From a virus: 64,000 bases of DNA. Shown here piece by piece: positions 39,861 to 50,640 of this stretch. The notes under the pieces are model-generated. The model was not told the origin of the DNA, did no database searches, and worked only from the letters and a program-made list of their open reading frames with translations. The DNA lies in the IMG/VR virus record IMGVR_UViG_3300008108_007904. One strand, given 5' to 3'. Every line of letters starts with the position of its first letter. Position 1 is the first letter of the stretch. Position numbers and translations under genes: made by a program.

Positions 39861-40412
39861 CTATGCTAATAGAAGCTGTTTTGCTTTAAGATCGGTTAAC
39901 AATTGTTTATCGAGCAAGTAAAGGTCATGTCTTTTTATAAAAGAAATCGTCTTACTGAACGTGAAAGAACTAAAATCAATTTTGTTAGTATATTCAACAA
40001 GCTTTAAAATATACTCTCGTCTATTGCCACACTTATTATCTAAAAATTTTACATAATCGGCATACGAAACATTATCAATATTATACAACTTCATTGGTAG
40101 GAGTGAAGCAATTTTTTTAATACATTTTTGTAAAAAACCGTGAGGCAGAATACTATGCAAAGATGAAGATGTGTAAGTTGTATCATAATAAAATATAACC
40201 TTTACACCTAATTTCTGTGATACAGTAAATTTACATATGTTATATATCATGTAATGTAAACATATATTTTTAACATCGCTGGAAATTTTCGTTTTGACTT
40301 CAATATTATATTGAATAAAATTTGTACATATATCATCATAACATTCATTAAGAATTGACCATATATCTACCGCACAAATATTATACTCTTTAATAAAGAC
40401 AGTACTACTCAC
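39861..40412 (-). CDS. Hypothetical protein
   Basis: ORF overlapping the upstream gene's stop. Confidence 0.6.
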   Translation of the reverse strand: MSSTVFIKEYNICAVDIWSILNECYDDICTNFIQYNIEVKTKISSDVKNICLHYMIYNICKFTVSQKLGVKVIFYYDTTYTSSSLHSILPHGFLQKCIKKIASLLPMKLYNIDNVSYADYVKFLDNKCGNRREYILKLVEYTNKIDFSSFTFSKTISFIKRHDLYLLDKQLLTDLKAKQLLLA

Positions 40413-40854
40413 TACCTACTATTGTAGCTTCTTTTTTTAGTTTTTCAAACTCACTTTTTGGCGGTCTGCCGATTCTTACGTTTAGTATGCCGTTATAATA
40501 ATCATCTCTTACGATAACATCTTGTTTTATTTGCTCTTTTATTTCATAATAAGCAAGAGCCCATTTTGAGTCACAAACTTTAATAATAGTAAAAATGAAT
40601 GATTCTTTACCGTATTTTTCAATATCAATATTAAGATCTGTAGATGAACCGGTATATTCACGCCAATCAGATTCTCTATAATCAATCCGATTACGCTTTT
40701 TTCCCTTTAGCGGCCGTCGTTTTATTCTTGAATTACACTGCTTTTTACCAATATATTTCTTACCGGTAACAGTATTCTTTATTTCATATATAAAGCCAAA
40801 AGAATGGTCAGTAAAGATAACCCCCTCACTTAAAATCCAATGACCTAAATTCAT
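40405..40854 (-). CDS. GIY-YIG nuclease family protein
   Basis: GFIYEI.N..TGKKYIGKK, WREYTGSS, YYN. Confidence 0.85.
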   Translation of the reverse strand: MNLGHWILSEGVIFTDHSFGFIYEIKNTVTGKKYIGKKQCNSRIKRRPLKGKKRNRIDYRESDWREYTGSSTDLNIDIEKYGKESFIFTIIKVCDSKWALAYYEIKEQIKQDVIVRDDYYNGILNVRIGRPPKSEFEKLKKEATIVGSE

Positions 40855-40855
40855 A

Positions 40856-41098
40856 CTACATTACAGCAGGCGTACGTCTTGCGATTTTGAATTTTACTCG
40901 CTTTTTGCTTTTTTTACGGCCTAAAATTGCATCAACAGGGTTTATTGGTCTATTATCATTAGGGTTATAAGCTTTGCTGTTTTGACTAGGGAACTGATTA
41001 CCAAATTCTCCTGTAGCATTTGGACCAAATGCACTACTTGCTGTCACATCTTCACTAAGTAAAGACTCAAAAATTCTATGAAAAATACTCATTTGCAA
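40856..41098 (-). CDS. Small late protein carrying a copy of the major capsid N-arm motif
   Basis: GNQFPSQN shared with gp23; TATAAATA at 41106-41113. Confidence 0.65.
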   Translation of the reverse strand: MQMSIFHRIFESLLSEDVTASSAFGPNATGEFGNQFPSQNSKAYNPNDNRPINPVDAILGRKKSKKRVKFKIARRTPAVM

Positions 41099-41131
41099 AT
41101 TTGTATATTTATACTATTATTTAGTAAAATA

Positions 41132-41521
41132 ATGCTTGAAGACTACATAAAAGAGCTTGAGAATGATTTAAAAATTGATGAACTTAATCTCAAAGATTAT
41201 CAATTAAGATTACCTGCTTTAAAACATAAATGGGCAGGTAGAATGATACGTCTTAAACTTGAAGTAGCTAATGATATTAAAGATAGTGAGAGTTTAAAAA
41301 AACTTCTAACTAATGAGATACAGAAAAATGCACCTGTAAAACTATCATTACCAGCTATTAGTTCTGCAGTTGAAAAACATACACAATACAAACAATTAGT
41401 AGAAAAAATAAGTCATAAAAAATTGGTTATAGAATTGCTAGAAAAAACAGAGAAGACGCTGAGCAGTGCTACATATGATATTAAAAATCTCATAGAGATT
41501 ATGAAATTAGAAATAACGTAA
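41132..41521 (+). CDS. uvsY: Recombination mediator, UvsY-like
   Basis: DLKIDE.NL...LP.LKHKW...DIKN.IE helical pattern, adjacent to uvsW. Confidence 0.75.
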   Translation: MLEDYIKELENDLKIDELNLKDYQLRLPALKHKWAGRMIRLKLEVANDIKDSESLKKLLTNEIQKNAPVKLSLPAISSAVEKHTQYKQLVEKISHKKLVIELLEKTEKTLSSATYDIKNLIEIMKLEIT

Positions 41522-42969
41522 TGATAAACGTTGGCTTTGACAAAGCGAAAAGACTCGGTATAATATCAGGTGATCTGTTTCAGGAGATGCGCGAGTACTT
41601 TTCTGTTAAAAATGACGCAGCACGCTTTGCAAAACGTTACAATAGATTCATACCGTCGCGTATATATGCTATAACACCAAACGGTCGATTCGAGCCAGGT
41701 ATGTATAATGATATACGTCAATTTATTTTAAGTAAAAATTATGTAGGTGATATAGTAGTAGATAAAGAATTTACAGATTTCTTAATACCGGCATTATCTA
41801 CATGGCATACATCACCTAAATTTACTAATGAACCGTTACCGTTACTATTACCGCTGCGAGATTATCAGCGCGAAATAGTAAAGCGTAGCTTGGAGTACGG
41901 CAGAGGCACTATATTGCTTGCGACAGCAGGCGGTAAAACACTAACAGCTGCCTCCATACTCACAAATATTTTTCATATATACGGCAGTAAGTTTAAATGT
42001 CTTTTTATTGTTCCTGATAGAGGTCTTGTAGAGCAGACGAGCTCAGATTTTGATCAATACGGTGTATCATTTACAGTCTCAAAATGGACAGGCGACGATC
42101 CTCTTGATAAAACCGCGAATGTTATTGTAGCAAATATCGGTATAATGCAAAGCAAGAATACTGATCTTTCTTGGTTATGTGAGGTTGATGTATTGTTTAT
42201 AGACGAGTGCCATAGATTGAGAAAAGGAAATGAAATAAACAATATTTTTAAAATATTAAAAACACCACACCGTTACGGTTTAACTGGTACAATGCCAGAA
42301 GGCCCTCTCGATCAATGGAATATAACAGGTAAAATAGGTCCTGTTATTTATAAAAAAGAGAGTATTGATTTGCGTAATGAAAGTTACATCTCCGGTGTTG
42401 AGATACAAATATTAAAGCTTAAACATAACAATCACAAACATAATCTCACGTATAGAGAAGAAATAGAGACATTAATAACAAGTGATTACAGAAATAACAC
42501 AATAAGCACTATCTCCTCGAAATTACAAAAGAACACTTTAGTATTGGTGGATTACATTGAGCACGGCAAACGTTTATATGATTCAATAACAAAAGCAGCA
42601 CCTGCTAAACGTGTTTTTTTCATACACGGGGATATAGATGTCTCTGAGAGAGATAAAGTAAGACAGTTAATGGAAGAAGCAGACGATATTGTTGTAGTTG
42701 CTATCTCTAAAATATTCTCCACCGGTATTAACATTAAAAATTTACACTATATTATTTTTGCTTGTGGTGGAAAAGCAAAGGTGAAGATAGTACAATCAAT
42801 AGGTCGCGGTTTGAGACTGCACAAGGATAAGGATAAGCTGATTATTTTTGATATTGCAGATGCTTACCACTACAGTTTAAGTCACCTTGAAAAACGAATT
42901 TTATTATATGAAAAAGAGCACATTAAATTCTCAATCAAAGAAATTGAAGAAAAAAAATCAGGAAATTAA
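41521..42969 (+). CDS. uvsW: DNA helicase
   Basis: LRDYQ, ATAGGKT, DECH, GLTGT, FSTGINIKNLH, QSIGRGLR. Confidence 0.93.
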   Translation: MINVGFDKAKRLGIISGDLFQEMREYFSVKNDAARFAKRYNRFIPSRIYAITPNGRFEPGMYNDIRQFILSKNYVGDIVVDKEFTDFLIPALSTWHTSPKFTNEPLPLLLPLRDYQREIVKRSLEYGRGTILLATAGGKTLTAASILTNIFHIYGSKFKCLFIVPDRGLVEQTSSDFDQYGVSFTVSKWTGDDPLDKTANVIVANIGIMQSKNTDLSWLCEVDVLFIDECHRLRKGNEINNIFKILKTPHRYGLTGTMPEGPLDQWNITGKIGPVIYKKESIDLRNESYISGVEIQILKLKHNNHKHNLTYREEIETLITSDYRNNTISTISSKLQKNTLVLVDYIEHGKRLYDSITKAAPAKRVFFIHGDIDVSERDKVRQLMEEADDIVVVAISKIFSTGINIKNLHYIIFACGGKAKVKIVQSIGRGLRLHKDKDKLIIFDIADAYHYSLSHLEKRILLYEKEHIKFSIKEIEEKKSGN

Positions 42970-43525
42970 AGCACCAAAAAACAAAAAACCTAAAGTAAAA
43001 AGTATTAGTGCAACACGCAGTGATAACAAAGAGGTCGTATTGAGGGGTGTTGATGCTGAGAAGATATCTGTGCAAGAGCCTGTAAGGAAGATTAAGCCGC
43101 GTGATAAGGAGCATTATGTTAATGGTAAGGAGTTTGAAGAAGAAATACGTCAATATTATAGTACCGGTGTAATTACTGTGAAGCTCGGTGAAAGTATTAA
43201 TAAAATAGCGAGCGGTCTTTCTTACGCAACAAATTTCATCAATTATTCATACAAGGAGGATATGATAGGTGATGCTATTGTAAAAATGTTCTCTGCACTA
43301 AAAAACAAAAGCTTCAAGCTTGACTCGGGGTTTAGCCCGTTTTCATATTTTACTACCATTGCATTCCACGCTTTTATTAATAGAATTAAAAAAGAAAAAA
43401 AACATCACGAAGCTCTCAACGACTATAGAGATAAGGTCTATACGGAGCTGATGATTGATAATAATGAAGTTAACGGGACACATGTATATGTTGATCCCAC
43501 ATACGCCAACGATGACGATTACTGA
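42908..43525 (+). CDS. gp55: Late-transcription sigma factor (start uncertain)
   Basis: HYVN..EF, NFINYSYKEDMI.DA, PFSYFTTIAFHAFINRIKKEKK. Confidence 0.9.
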   Translation: MKKSTLNSQSKKLKKKNQEIKAPKNKKPKVKSISATRSDNKEVVLRGVDAEKISVQEPVRKIKPRDKEHYVNGKEFEEEIRQYYSTGVITVKLGESINKIASGLSYATNFINYSYKEDMIGDAIVKMFSALKNKSFKLDSGFSPFSYFTTIAFHAFINRIKKEKKHHEALNDYRDKVYTELMIDNNEVNGTHVYVDPTYANDDDY

Positions 43526-44570
43526 CCTTAGCACCAATACATCGAAAATTTGCTGTATTGCCGATTTACACATCGGTGTTCATCAAAATAATACACTATG
43601 GCATGATATAGCACTCAAATGGGCGAACTGGCTTAAAGGTGAACTAGAGAAGAAGAATATATATGATATATTCATACTTGGAGATGTTTATCATTATCGT
43701 GATGAAGTTGCTGTTAATACCATGCACGTTGTTAATCAGATATTTTCGCTCTGGAAAGATTTTAATATTACTGTGCTGGTTGGTAATCATGACGCATATT
43801 ATAAAGATAATTCTACAGTTAGCTCACTATCACTGCTTGACGGCAAAAACAAAATACGCGTCATAGATACAACACAAACCTTTACACTTTACGGTAAAAC
43901 GGTTACTTTTCTGCCGTGGGGTGCACCATTATCTGATGTACCGAAATCCGACATATTGTTCGGACATCTTGAAGTTGAGAGCTTTAAGATGAATAGCTAC
44001 AAGCTTTGTGAGCATGGTATCAAAACACAATCTTTATTTGATAAAGCAAAGCTTGTAATGACAGGTCACTTTCATTTGCGTGAAGAACGGTCATATGATA
44101 AGGGCACAGTGATATACGTTGGCAATCCATATGAGATGGATTATGGTGATTATAACTCTAAAAAAGGATACTATATTCTTGACATTAATGCGCTAACTTA
44201 TGATTTTTGTGAAAATACATTATCACCGCGTCACAGTAAAATAACTGTAACAGAACTGCAACAGTACTGTGATACAAAGAGAGATATTTCAGAACTATTT
44301 GCAAATAATATTGTGCGGGTGGTAGTCGATGGTAAGCATGGTGTAGATGATATAGATAAAGTTATAAAATATGCATCGGGATTAAATCCAGTTAATTTAT
44401 CAATTGACTATTCATTACATGACACCACAATAGGTGTGAATGAAGCATTATCCGTTTCTGATAGTGTTGATTTAGATCAGACACTGAGAGATTTTATTGC
44501 TACTTTAGATATTGAAGACAAGAGCGAAATAGAAGCATATTGCATTGACGTATTGAAGAAAGTAAAATGA
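43512..44570 (+). CDS. gp47: Recombination endonuclease, Mre11/SbcD-like
   Basis: ADLHIG, LGD, GNHD, GHFH, YVGNP. Confidence 0.93.
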   Translation: MTITDLSTNTSKICCIADLHIGVHQNNTLWHDIALKWANWLKGELEKKNIYDIFILGDVYHYRDEVAVNTMHVVNQIFSLWKDFNITVLVGNHDAYYKDNSTVSSLSLLDGKNKIRVIDTTQTFTLYGKTVTFLPWGAPLSDVPKSDILFGHLEVESFKMNSYKLCEHGIKTQSLFDKAKLVMTGHFHLREERSYDKGTVIYVGNPYEMDYGDYNSKKGYYILDINALTYDFCENTLSPRHSKITVTELQQYCDTKRDISELFANNIVRVVVDGKHGVDDIDKVIKYASGLNPVNLSIDYSLHDTTIGVNEALSVSDSVDLDQTLRDFIATLDIEDKSEIEAYCIDVLKKVK

Positions 44571-46378
44571 AAAATATTATTTTTAATCGAGTTAAAATAC
44601 AAAATTTTCTTTCAGTTGGCAGTGAGCCTGTAGTTATTGATTTTAACCCCGGCTTACACATTATTACAGGCGTTAATAGAGATAAAGAAGATAGGCGTAA
44701 TGGTGTCGGCAAATCTACAATTGCTGACGCGATATATTTTGCAGTATTTGGTGAGACTTTACGCGATGTTAAAAAAGAGCATATTGTAAATAGTACCACA
44801 AAAAAAGGTTGTACCGTAGAATTAGAAATACAAGTTAAGACTCTTACAGGTACTACAGGTGTCAGGATTGTCAGGACAATCGAGCCATCAAAGTGTTATA
44901 TTCATATCGACGGAGAGGATAAGACACTTGACAGCATTTCAAGTACCAACACATTTATAAGAGAATTATTATCCTGCACTCCAGAAATTTTTCAAAATTG
45001 TGTTATAATGACGATTAATAACACAACGCCGTTTATGGCGAAAAAGAAACAAGAAAAGAGAGAATTTATTGAGAATATTTTTAATTTAAGTATCTTTAGT
45101 GATGCACTTGTTTATCTTAAAAGTGATCTGAGTGAGAAGAGAAAAGTATATGATATAGAGTTAGCGAAATATGAAGAAAATGATCGCTCTTTAAAGAGAC
45201 AAGAAAAACAACACCTTGAAATGAGTTCTGAAAGAGAGCGCAAAAAAAATTCATTAATAGAAAGAAAAAAGCAAAACATAGCAGACATAGCAAAGTTACA
45301 AAAAGCAGCAGAAGACATAGTTTTGGAGTCTACAGATAGCATTAAAAAGACAGTAACAGAGCTTGAAAATGGTATTATTAAAATAGATAGTATTGTACAT
45401 AATCTTAATCAGGACAGAGCTGTACACAGCGCGAGTGCACAACAGCTTAATAAGCAATTAAAACAAATCGGTACCGATGAATATACGTGTCCTGTATGCT
45501 TGAGAGCAATAGAAAAGCACGATAAGGAGCATATAGAGTCTGAAAAAGAAAAAATAACGGTATCAGTTACCGAGCATCTTCATAACATTCAAGATTGTGA
45601 TAAAAAAATTACTGACTACCGTTCAAAGCGTAATAAAATAGAGACAAAGATCGCTGAGTTAAAGAACAATATACATAAAGTTGAATTAAAGATACAGGAA
45701 AAAAATAATTTTAGCATGCGTATAAAGCAGCTATCAGATATACTTTTAACTATAGAGAGCGATATAAATGATGTAGAGAACTCCATCGTCAGTGTTAATC
45801 TTAATCTCGATGAGCAGAGAGCTGAACTTGTGCAAGCTCAAGATAAAATTAAAATTTTAAAAAGAGAGATATCAGTGATTGAAGCTGCAAAATTCGTTTT
45901 TTCAGAGGAGGGTGTAAAGTCAGTTGTTATTAAGAAGGTCCTGCAACTCTTTAACAGTAAACTTGCATATTATTTGAAAAAAATGGATGCAAATTGCACC
46001 TGTACGTTTAATGAATATTTTGAAGAAGAAATAAAAGATATTAAGGGCAAAACATGCTCATATTTTAATTTTAGTGGTGCTGAGCGTAAAAATGTTGACC
46101 TAGCATGTTTATTCACCTTTATGGATATGCGCAGATTACAAGGCGACGTTTGTTTTAATTTCAGTATATATGATGAATTGTTTGACTCGAGTCTGGATGA
46201 ACGTGGTGTAGATCTGGTGATAGGTATATTAAACGAAAGAGTTGAGCAGTTTAATGAAAGTATTATGGTAATAAGTCACCGCAAGGAAAGTATAAAAGCT
46301 GCTACCGGGGAAATTATTTTCCTTGAAAAGAAAAACAATATTACCCGTAAAGTTGATTTTACGGGTACAACAACATAA
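44567..46378 (+). CDS. gp46: Recombination ATPase, Rad50/SbcC-like
   Basis: NFLSVG, NGVGKST, CPVC hook, FSGAE, DELFDSSLD, ISH. Confidence 0.95.
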   Translation: MKNIIFNRVKIQNFLSVGSEPVVIDFNPGLHIITGVNRDKEDRRNGVGKSTIADAIYFAVFGETLRDVKKEHIVNSTTKKGCTVELEIQVKTLTGTTGVRIVRTIEPSKCYIHIDGEDKTLDSISSTNTFIRELLSCTPEIFQNCVIMTINNTTPFMAKKKQEKREFIENIFNLSIFSDALVYLKSDLSEKRKVYDIELAKYEENDRSLKRQEKQHLEMSSERERKKNSLIERKKQNIADIAKLQKAAEDIVLESTDSIKKTVTELENGIIKIDSIVHNLNQDRAVHSASAQQLNKQLKQIGTDEYTCPVCLRAIEKHDKEHIESEKEKITVSVTEHLHNIQDCDKKITDYRSKRNKIETKIAELKNNIHKVELKIQEKNNFSMRIKQLSDILLTIESDINDVENSIVSVNLNLDEQRAELVQAQDKIKILKREISVIEAAKFVFSEEGVKSVVIKKVLQLFNSKLAYYLKKMDANCTCTFNEYFEEEIKDIKGKTCSYFNFSGAERKNVDLACLFTFMDMRRLQGDVCFNFSIYDELFDSSLDERGVDLVIGILNERVEQFNESIMVISHRKESIKAATGEIIFLEKKNNITRKVDFTGTTT

Positions 46379-46392
46379 CTACAAACAGTATC

Positions 46393-47601
46393 ATGATCGT
46401 TTCACCATTTGTATCACCTTTTCCAAGCCCTTTCGGCGGCTATACGTCTCCAGCGCCACAAGCGCAAAATTCACTTCCACCGCCACCAGAGTTAAGCCTT
46501 CAACGTGCTTTAAACTATTATGCGGATTATAGTGGATGTGGTTTTTGGCGTATGATCTGGCCAGAACATTTATTAAATGCACATCAAAAAATGACTGTAC
46601 ACGGTAGTACTGTTATGTGTTTTGATCCTAATTATTTTAGAAATGTAACAGCTGTACGTATTCAAAGACAAGCTACTGCACATCAACTTAGATTTATTCA
46701 ATTTCTTAAAGATTTGAGCAGAGAGCATAAATTCCGCATAATTTATGAAATTGATGATCTTGTCTTTAGTGAAGACATACCTGAATATAACAAATATAAA
46801 CCCGCTTTTACAGATCCCGAAATAAGAAGAGTAGCGCAGTCAATTATGGAATTATGTGATGAGATAACTGTCACAAATAATTTCATGAAAGATTATTATA
46901 TGAGTAAGACAGGTAATAAGAATATTACTGTTATACCAAATTACCCACCAAAATTCTGGATGGGTAATTATTATAATGAAAAGAAAATTTCAGAAAATTA
47001 CGATAAGTATCAAAAAAGACCGAGAGTACTCTATGCCGGCTCAGGTGCACACTTTGATGTAGAAAACCGTGTTGGTCAAAATGATGATTTCGCACATGTC
47101 TGTCGTGTCATTGAAGCGACAAAGCACAAGTACCAATGGGTATTCCTAGGAGCATACCCACTACCCCTTACACCTCTCGTACGCAGCGGTGAAGTTGAAT
47201 TCCACCCATGGGAGAGGCTTTACACATACCCTGAAAAAATATTTAAGCTTAACGTTAATGCGATGGTAGCACCATTACAAGATAATACCTTTAATAAAGC
47301 AAAAAGCGATCTCAAGCTTATTGAAGCGAGTTGCTACGGTATACCTATTGCATGTCAAGATCTCGTTACATATGAGAACGCACCGTTTAAGTTTAAGACA
47401 GGTGATGAGATGATCGATCAACTCGATGACATTCTCGGTAAAAAAGGTAAATACATGAATCTTTCTGCAAAGTTTAGAAAGATAGCTGAGACGCGGTGGT
47501 TGGAGCTTGATGAAAATATTGACAAGTATAGAGAGCTTTATACATTGCCTTATGCACACCCTGATCGCAAGCTTCTTAATACCTTAAATCAAATTAGATA
47601 G
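46393..47601 (+). CDS. GT-B glycosyltransferase (possibly DNA-directed)
   Basis: SGCGFWRM, YEIDD, VIPN, APLQDN.FN.AKSDLK.IE. Confidence 0.75.
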   Translation: MIVSPFVSPFPSPFGGYTSPAPQAQNSLPPPPELSLQRALNYYADYSGCGFWRMIWPEHLLNAHQKMTVHGSTVMCFDPNYFRNVTAVRIQRQATAHQLRFIQFLKDLSREHKFRIIYEIDDLVFSEDIPEYNKYKPAFTDPEIRRVAQSIMELCDEITVTNNFMKDYYMSKTGNKNITVIPNYPPKFWMGNYYNEKKISENYDKYQKRPRVLYAGSGAHFDVENRVGQNDDFAHVCRVIEATKHKYQWVFLGAYPLPLTPLVRSGEVEFHPWERLYTYPEKIFKLNVNAMVAPLQDNTFNKAKSDLKLIEASCYGIPIACQDLVTYENAPFKFKTGDEMIDQLDDILGKKGKYMNLSAKFRKIAETRWLELDENIDKYRELYTLPYAHPDRKLLNTLNQIR

Positions 47602-47641
47602 TATTTGATTTCATACTTATTTTCCTATACCATAACGGTAT

Positions 47642-50233
47642 ATGTTTAGAAATTGTGCTTATCTGCCAAAGGACCAGGCAATGCGTCTCTATACGTGGGA
47701 CGAGAACGGTCAGCGAATCATAATTGATTCAACGTATGAGCCATACGTTTATTTAGAGACAACTCACAATGAAGATTGTATGAGTATCTTTAATACAAAG
47801 CTAAAAAAGAGGCGGTTTCGCAATCAATCAGACAGAGCTCAATATTTTAAAGACAATAACATTGTACGTGTCTTTGAGAATTTTGGTGTGCAGCAGCAAT
47901 TTTTAATTGATTACTTCGGAGACCGTAATGAAGAGCCGGATTTTGCTAAGCATCCATTGAAAGTATTCTTCTTAGATATAGAGACATATAGTCTAGATAG
48001 TTTTCCTAATATTGACGAAGCAAATCACGCAATTAATGTCATAACGATATATGATACATTGCTTAAAAAATTTAAAACGTTTGGTACAAAGCAGTATACA
48101 GGCGGCGATGAGAATGTCGAATATGTGTATTGTAAGACAGAGAAAGAACTTCTTAGTAAATTTATTGATTTTTTTGTTAGTGATTATCCCGATATTCTCT
48201 CAGGATGGAACAGCGAATTCTTTGATGTACCCTATATTATTAATAGAATAGTAAGATTGTTCGGGGAGAGTGAAGCAAACAGGCTATCACCGATAGGTCG
48301 TGTGAGATCAAGAATGTTTCTTGGTAAATTCGGTAAGGAGCAGAAGAGATGGTATATAGAGGGAATATCGTGCGTCGACTATCTACAAATTTATAAAAGG
48401 TTTTGCCCTGTATTACGAGAGCGATATAAACTTGGGTACATTGGTGAAGTAGAATTAGGGGAGAGCAAGATTGATTACGGTGATATAGATCTTGCAACAC
48501 TTGCGGATACAGATTGGAATTTATTTGTAAAATACAACATTCAAGACGTTAACCTTCTCGTAGAGCTTGAGAAGAAATTACAATACATACAACTGCTGCG
48601 TATGATTGCGTACGCTGGTCTTACTACGTTTGAAGGTGCTCTTGGCTCGTTAAGCGTCATTACCGGTCTTTGTGCGATTCGTGCACGGTCACGTAATCAA
48701 CGCATACCAACCTTTAACAAAGGTAAAGTTAATGAGGACGGCGAGCAGAACGCAGGTGCATATGTCGGTGAACCGCAGCAAGGATTTCAAGAACATATAG
48801 TGTCGTTTGATGCTAACAGTCTGTATCCAAACGTAATGATCACACTTAATCTATCACCAGAAACAAAGATAGGTACAATAACAGATATAACTGATGATGA
48901 GATTACAATAAAGCATGTTAACGGATCACACTTTACACTTACAAAAGAAAAGTTTTCTTCATTTGTGAAACAGGAAGAAATAGCCATATCAAAAGCTAAA
49001 GTTTTATTCTCACAAAAGACAAAAGGTATTATACCTGAAGCAGTAGATCACTATTACAAGAAACGCGTCGAGATTAAAAAGCTACTTACTGCAGCTAAGC
49101 GTGAGCAATTAAACTGTGAGAAAGATACTAAAGAATATAATGAAATGCAAAAGAAGGTTGAGAACCTCAATATTACGCAGCATACAATCAAGATTCTAAT
49201 TAATACGATTTACGGGTATTTTGGTAACAAGCATAGTCCGCTCGGTGATGATGAGTTAGCAGAATCTATTACCTTAACTGGCCAAGCAACCATTAAGCAA
49301 TCAAATCAATTATTGATGGATTACATTTGTGAACAAACTGGTCTGAAGCCTGAAGAATTAGAGAAAGACACCCCCATCATCTATAACGATACGGATAGTT
49401 CGTATATCTCTATTAAACATCTCATTAAGCATAAAAATATAAAAATGTTTAATAAAGACGGTAAAATAACAAAGGAGTATTATGATGCAGTTAGGAATAT
49501 TGAAGATTACTTGAACAAAGGTATTCAGGAATGGGGGTGTAAATCTCTCGGCTCAAAAGACTGTAGATTAAATTTTAAGAGAGAACGCATAGCAGATACA
49601 GGTTTATTTTTACAGAAGAAAAGATATGTATTGCATGTTTTAGACGAGGAAGGTATACCGTGCAGTAAATTTAAATATACCGGCGTAGAGGTGGTGAGAA
49701 CGACGATGCCTGCCACTATTAAAGAGCATGTTAAGAAGATTATCGAGACAATGCTAACAACAAAATCAAGAGCTGAAACTGATAAAGTATTCATTGAGAC
49801 ATACGATATATTCAAGACATTGAGCGTCGATGATATCTCTTCAGTAATGGGCATAAAGAATTACGAGAAGTATGCATCGCAGTGTGATCAGTTTAAAACT
49901 GTGAAAGGAATGCCTATTCACGTGAAAGCGGCATACTACTATAATATGTTCGTTAAAAAACTTAATATCGAGAGAAAATATGAAACGATATCATCCGGTG
50001 ATCATATTCGTTATTTTTATGTTAGAAAACCTAATAGGTACGGTCTGTCGGTAATAGGATACAAGTACGAATATCCTAAGGAATTTGAAGGTATTTTCGA
50101 GCCAGATTACGAAATGATTTTTGAGAAGATTATACACTCAGTAATACAGCGTTTTTACGAAGCAGTAAAGTGGAAGCTTAAGACACCGAGTCAACAAGGT
50201 CAAACAGATTTATTTGATTTATTAGGTGTATAG
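47642..50233 (+). CDS. gp43: Family B DNA polymerase
   Basis: DIET, GWNS..FD, YN..D, SFDANSLYP, K..IN..YG, YNDTDS, KKRY. Confidence 0.97.
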   Translation: MFRNCAYLPKDQAMRLYTWDENGQRIIIDSTYEPYVYLETTHNEDCMSIFNTKLKKRRFRNQSDRAQYFKDNNIVRVFENFGVQQQFLIDYFGDRNEEPDFAKHPLKVFFLDIETYSLDSFPNIDEANHAINVITIYDTLLKKFKTFGTKQYTGGDENVEYVYCKTEKELLSKFIDFFVSDYPDILSGWNSEFFDVPYIINRIVRLFGESEANRLSPIGRVRSRMFLGKFGKEQKRWYIEGISCVDYLQIYKRFCPVLRERYKLGYIGEVELGESKIDYGDIDLATLADTDWNLFVKYNIQDVNLLVELEKKLQYIQLLRMIAYAGLTTFEGALGSLSVITGLCAIRARSRNQRIPTFNKGKVNEDGEQNAGAYVGEPQQGFQEHIVSFDANSLYPNVMITLNLSPETKIGTITDITDDEITIKHVNGSHFTLTKEKFSSFVKQEEIAISKAKVLFSQKTKGIIPEAVDHYYKKRVEIKKLLTAAKREQLNCEKDTKEYNEMQKKVENLNITQHTIKILINTIYGYFGNKHSPLGDDELAESITLTGQATIKQSNQLLMDYICEQTGLKPEELEKDTPIIYNDTDSSYISIKHLIKHKNIKMFNKDGKITKEYYDAVRNIEDYLNKGIQEWGCKSLGSKDCRLNFKRERIADTGLFLQKKRYVLHVLDEEGIPCSKFKYTGVEVVRTTMPATIKEHVKKIIETMLTTKSRAETDKVFIETYDIFKTLSVDDISSVMGIKNYEKYASQCDQFKTVKGMPIHVKAAYYYNMFVKKLNIERKYETISSGDHIRYFYVRKPNRYGLSVIGYKYEYPKEFEGIFEPDYEMIFEKIIHSVIQRFYEAVKWKLKTPSQQGQTDLFDLLGV

Positions 50234-50274
50234 TTGATTTTGCTACAAATATATGTAAAATACTATTTGAAATT

Positions 50275-50640
50275 ATGGAACAACAACTCATCACCTTCGT
50301 CGATCATATCGGCAGAACACTTATCGGTCTCCACCAAGGAGATACAGAGGACAAGCAGTCATTTTTAGTAAAAAATCCTGCAATAATTCACGTACAACCT
50401 ACGCAGAATGGTCAACTCAACGTACAGACAATACCTCTTTATTTTAGAGAATTTGTAGGTGAGAAGAGTAAAGTCGAGGGTACTACATGGAAGTTCCATT
50501 ATTCATCTGTTGTACTCGGTGTAAACGTTGATAATGACGCTCGTCTCGTAGAGCAGTATCATAGATTGTTTGCTGCTGCACCAACTGCTGCAGCTGCGAC
50601 AAATTCAGGTGATAAGGTCGTTAAGCTGTTTGACGAATAA
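50275..50640 (+). CDS. Hypothetical protein (Sm-like pattern)
   Basis: VKNPAII...Y..LF; has its own promoter and terminator. Confidence 0.65.
   Translation: MEQQLITFVDHIGRTLIGLHQGDTEDKQSFLVKNPAIIHVQPTQNGQLNVQTIPLYFREFVGEKSKVEGTTWKFHYSSVVLGVNVDNDARLVEQYHRLFAAAPTAAAATNSGDKVVKLFDE

Noticed and set aside
40405-40854. GIY-YIG gene as an intron-borne homing endonuclease
   Set aside because: It is short, has no DNA-binding repeat tail, and the flanking genes are not interrupted.
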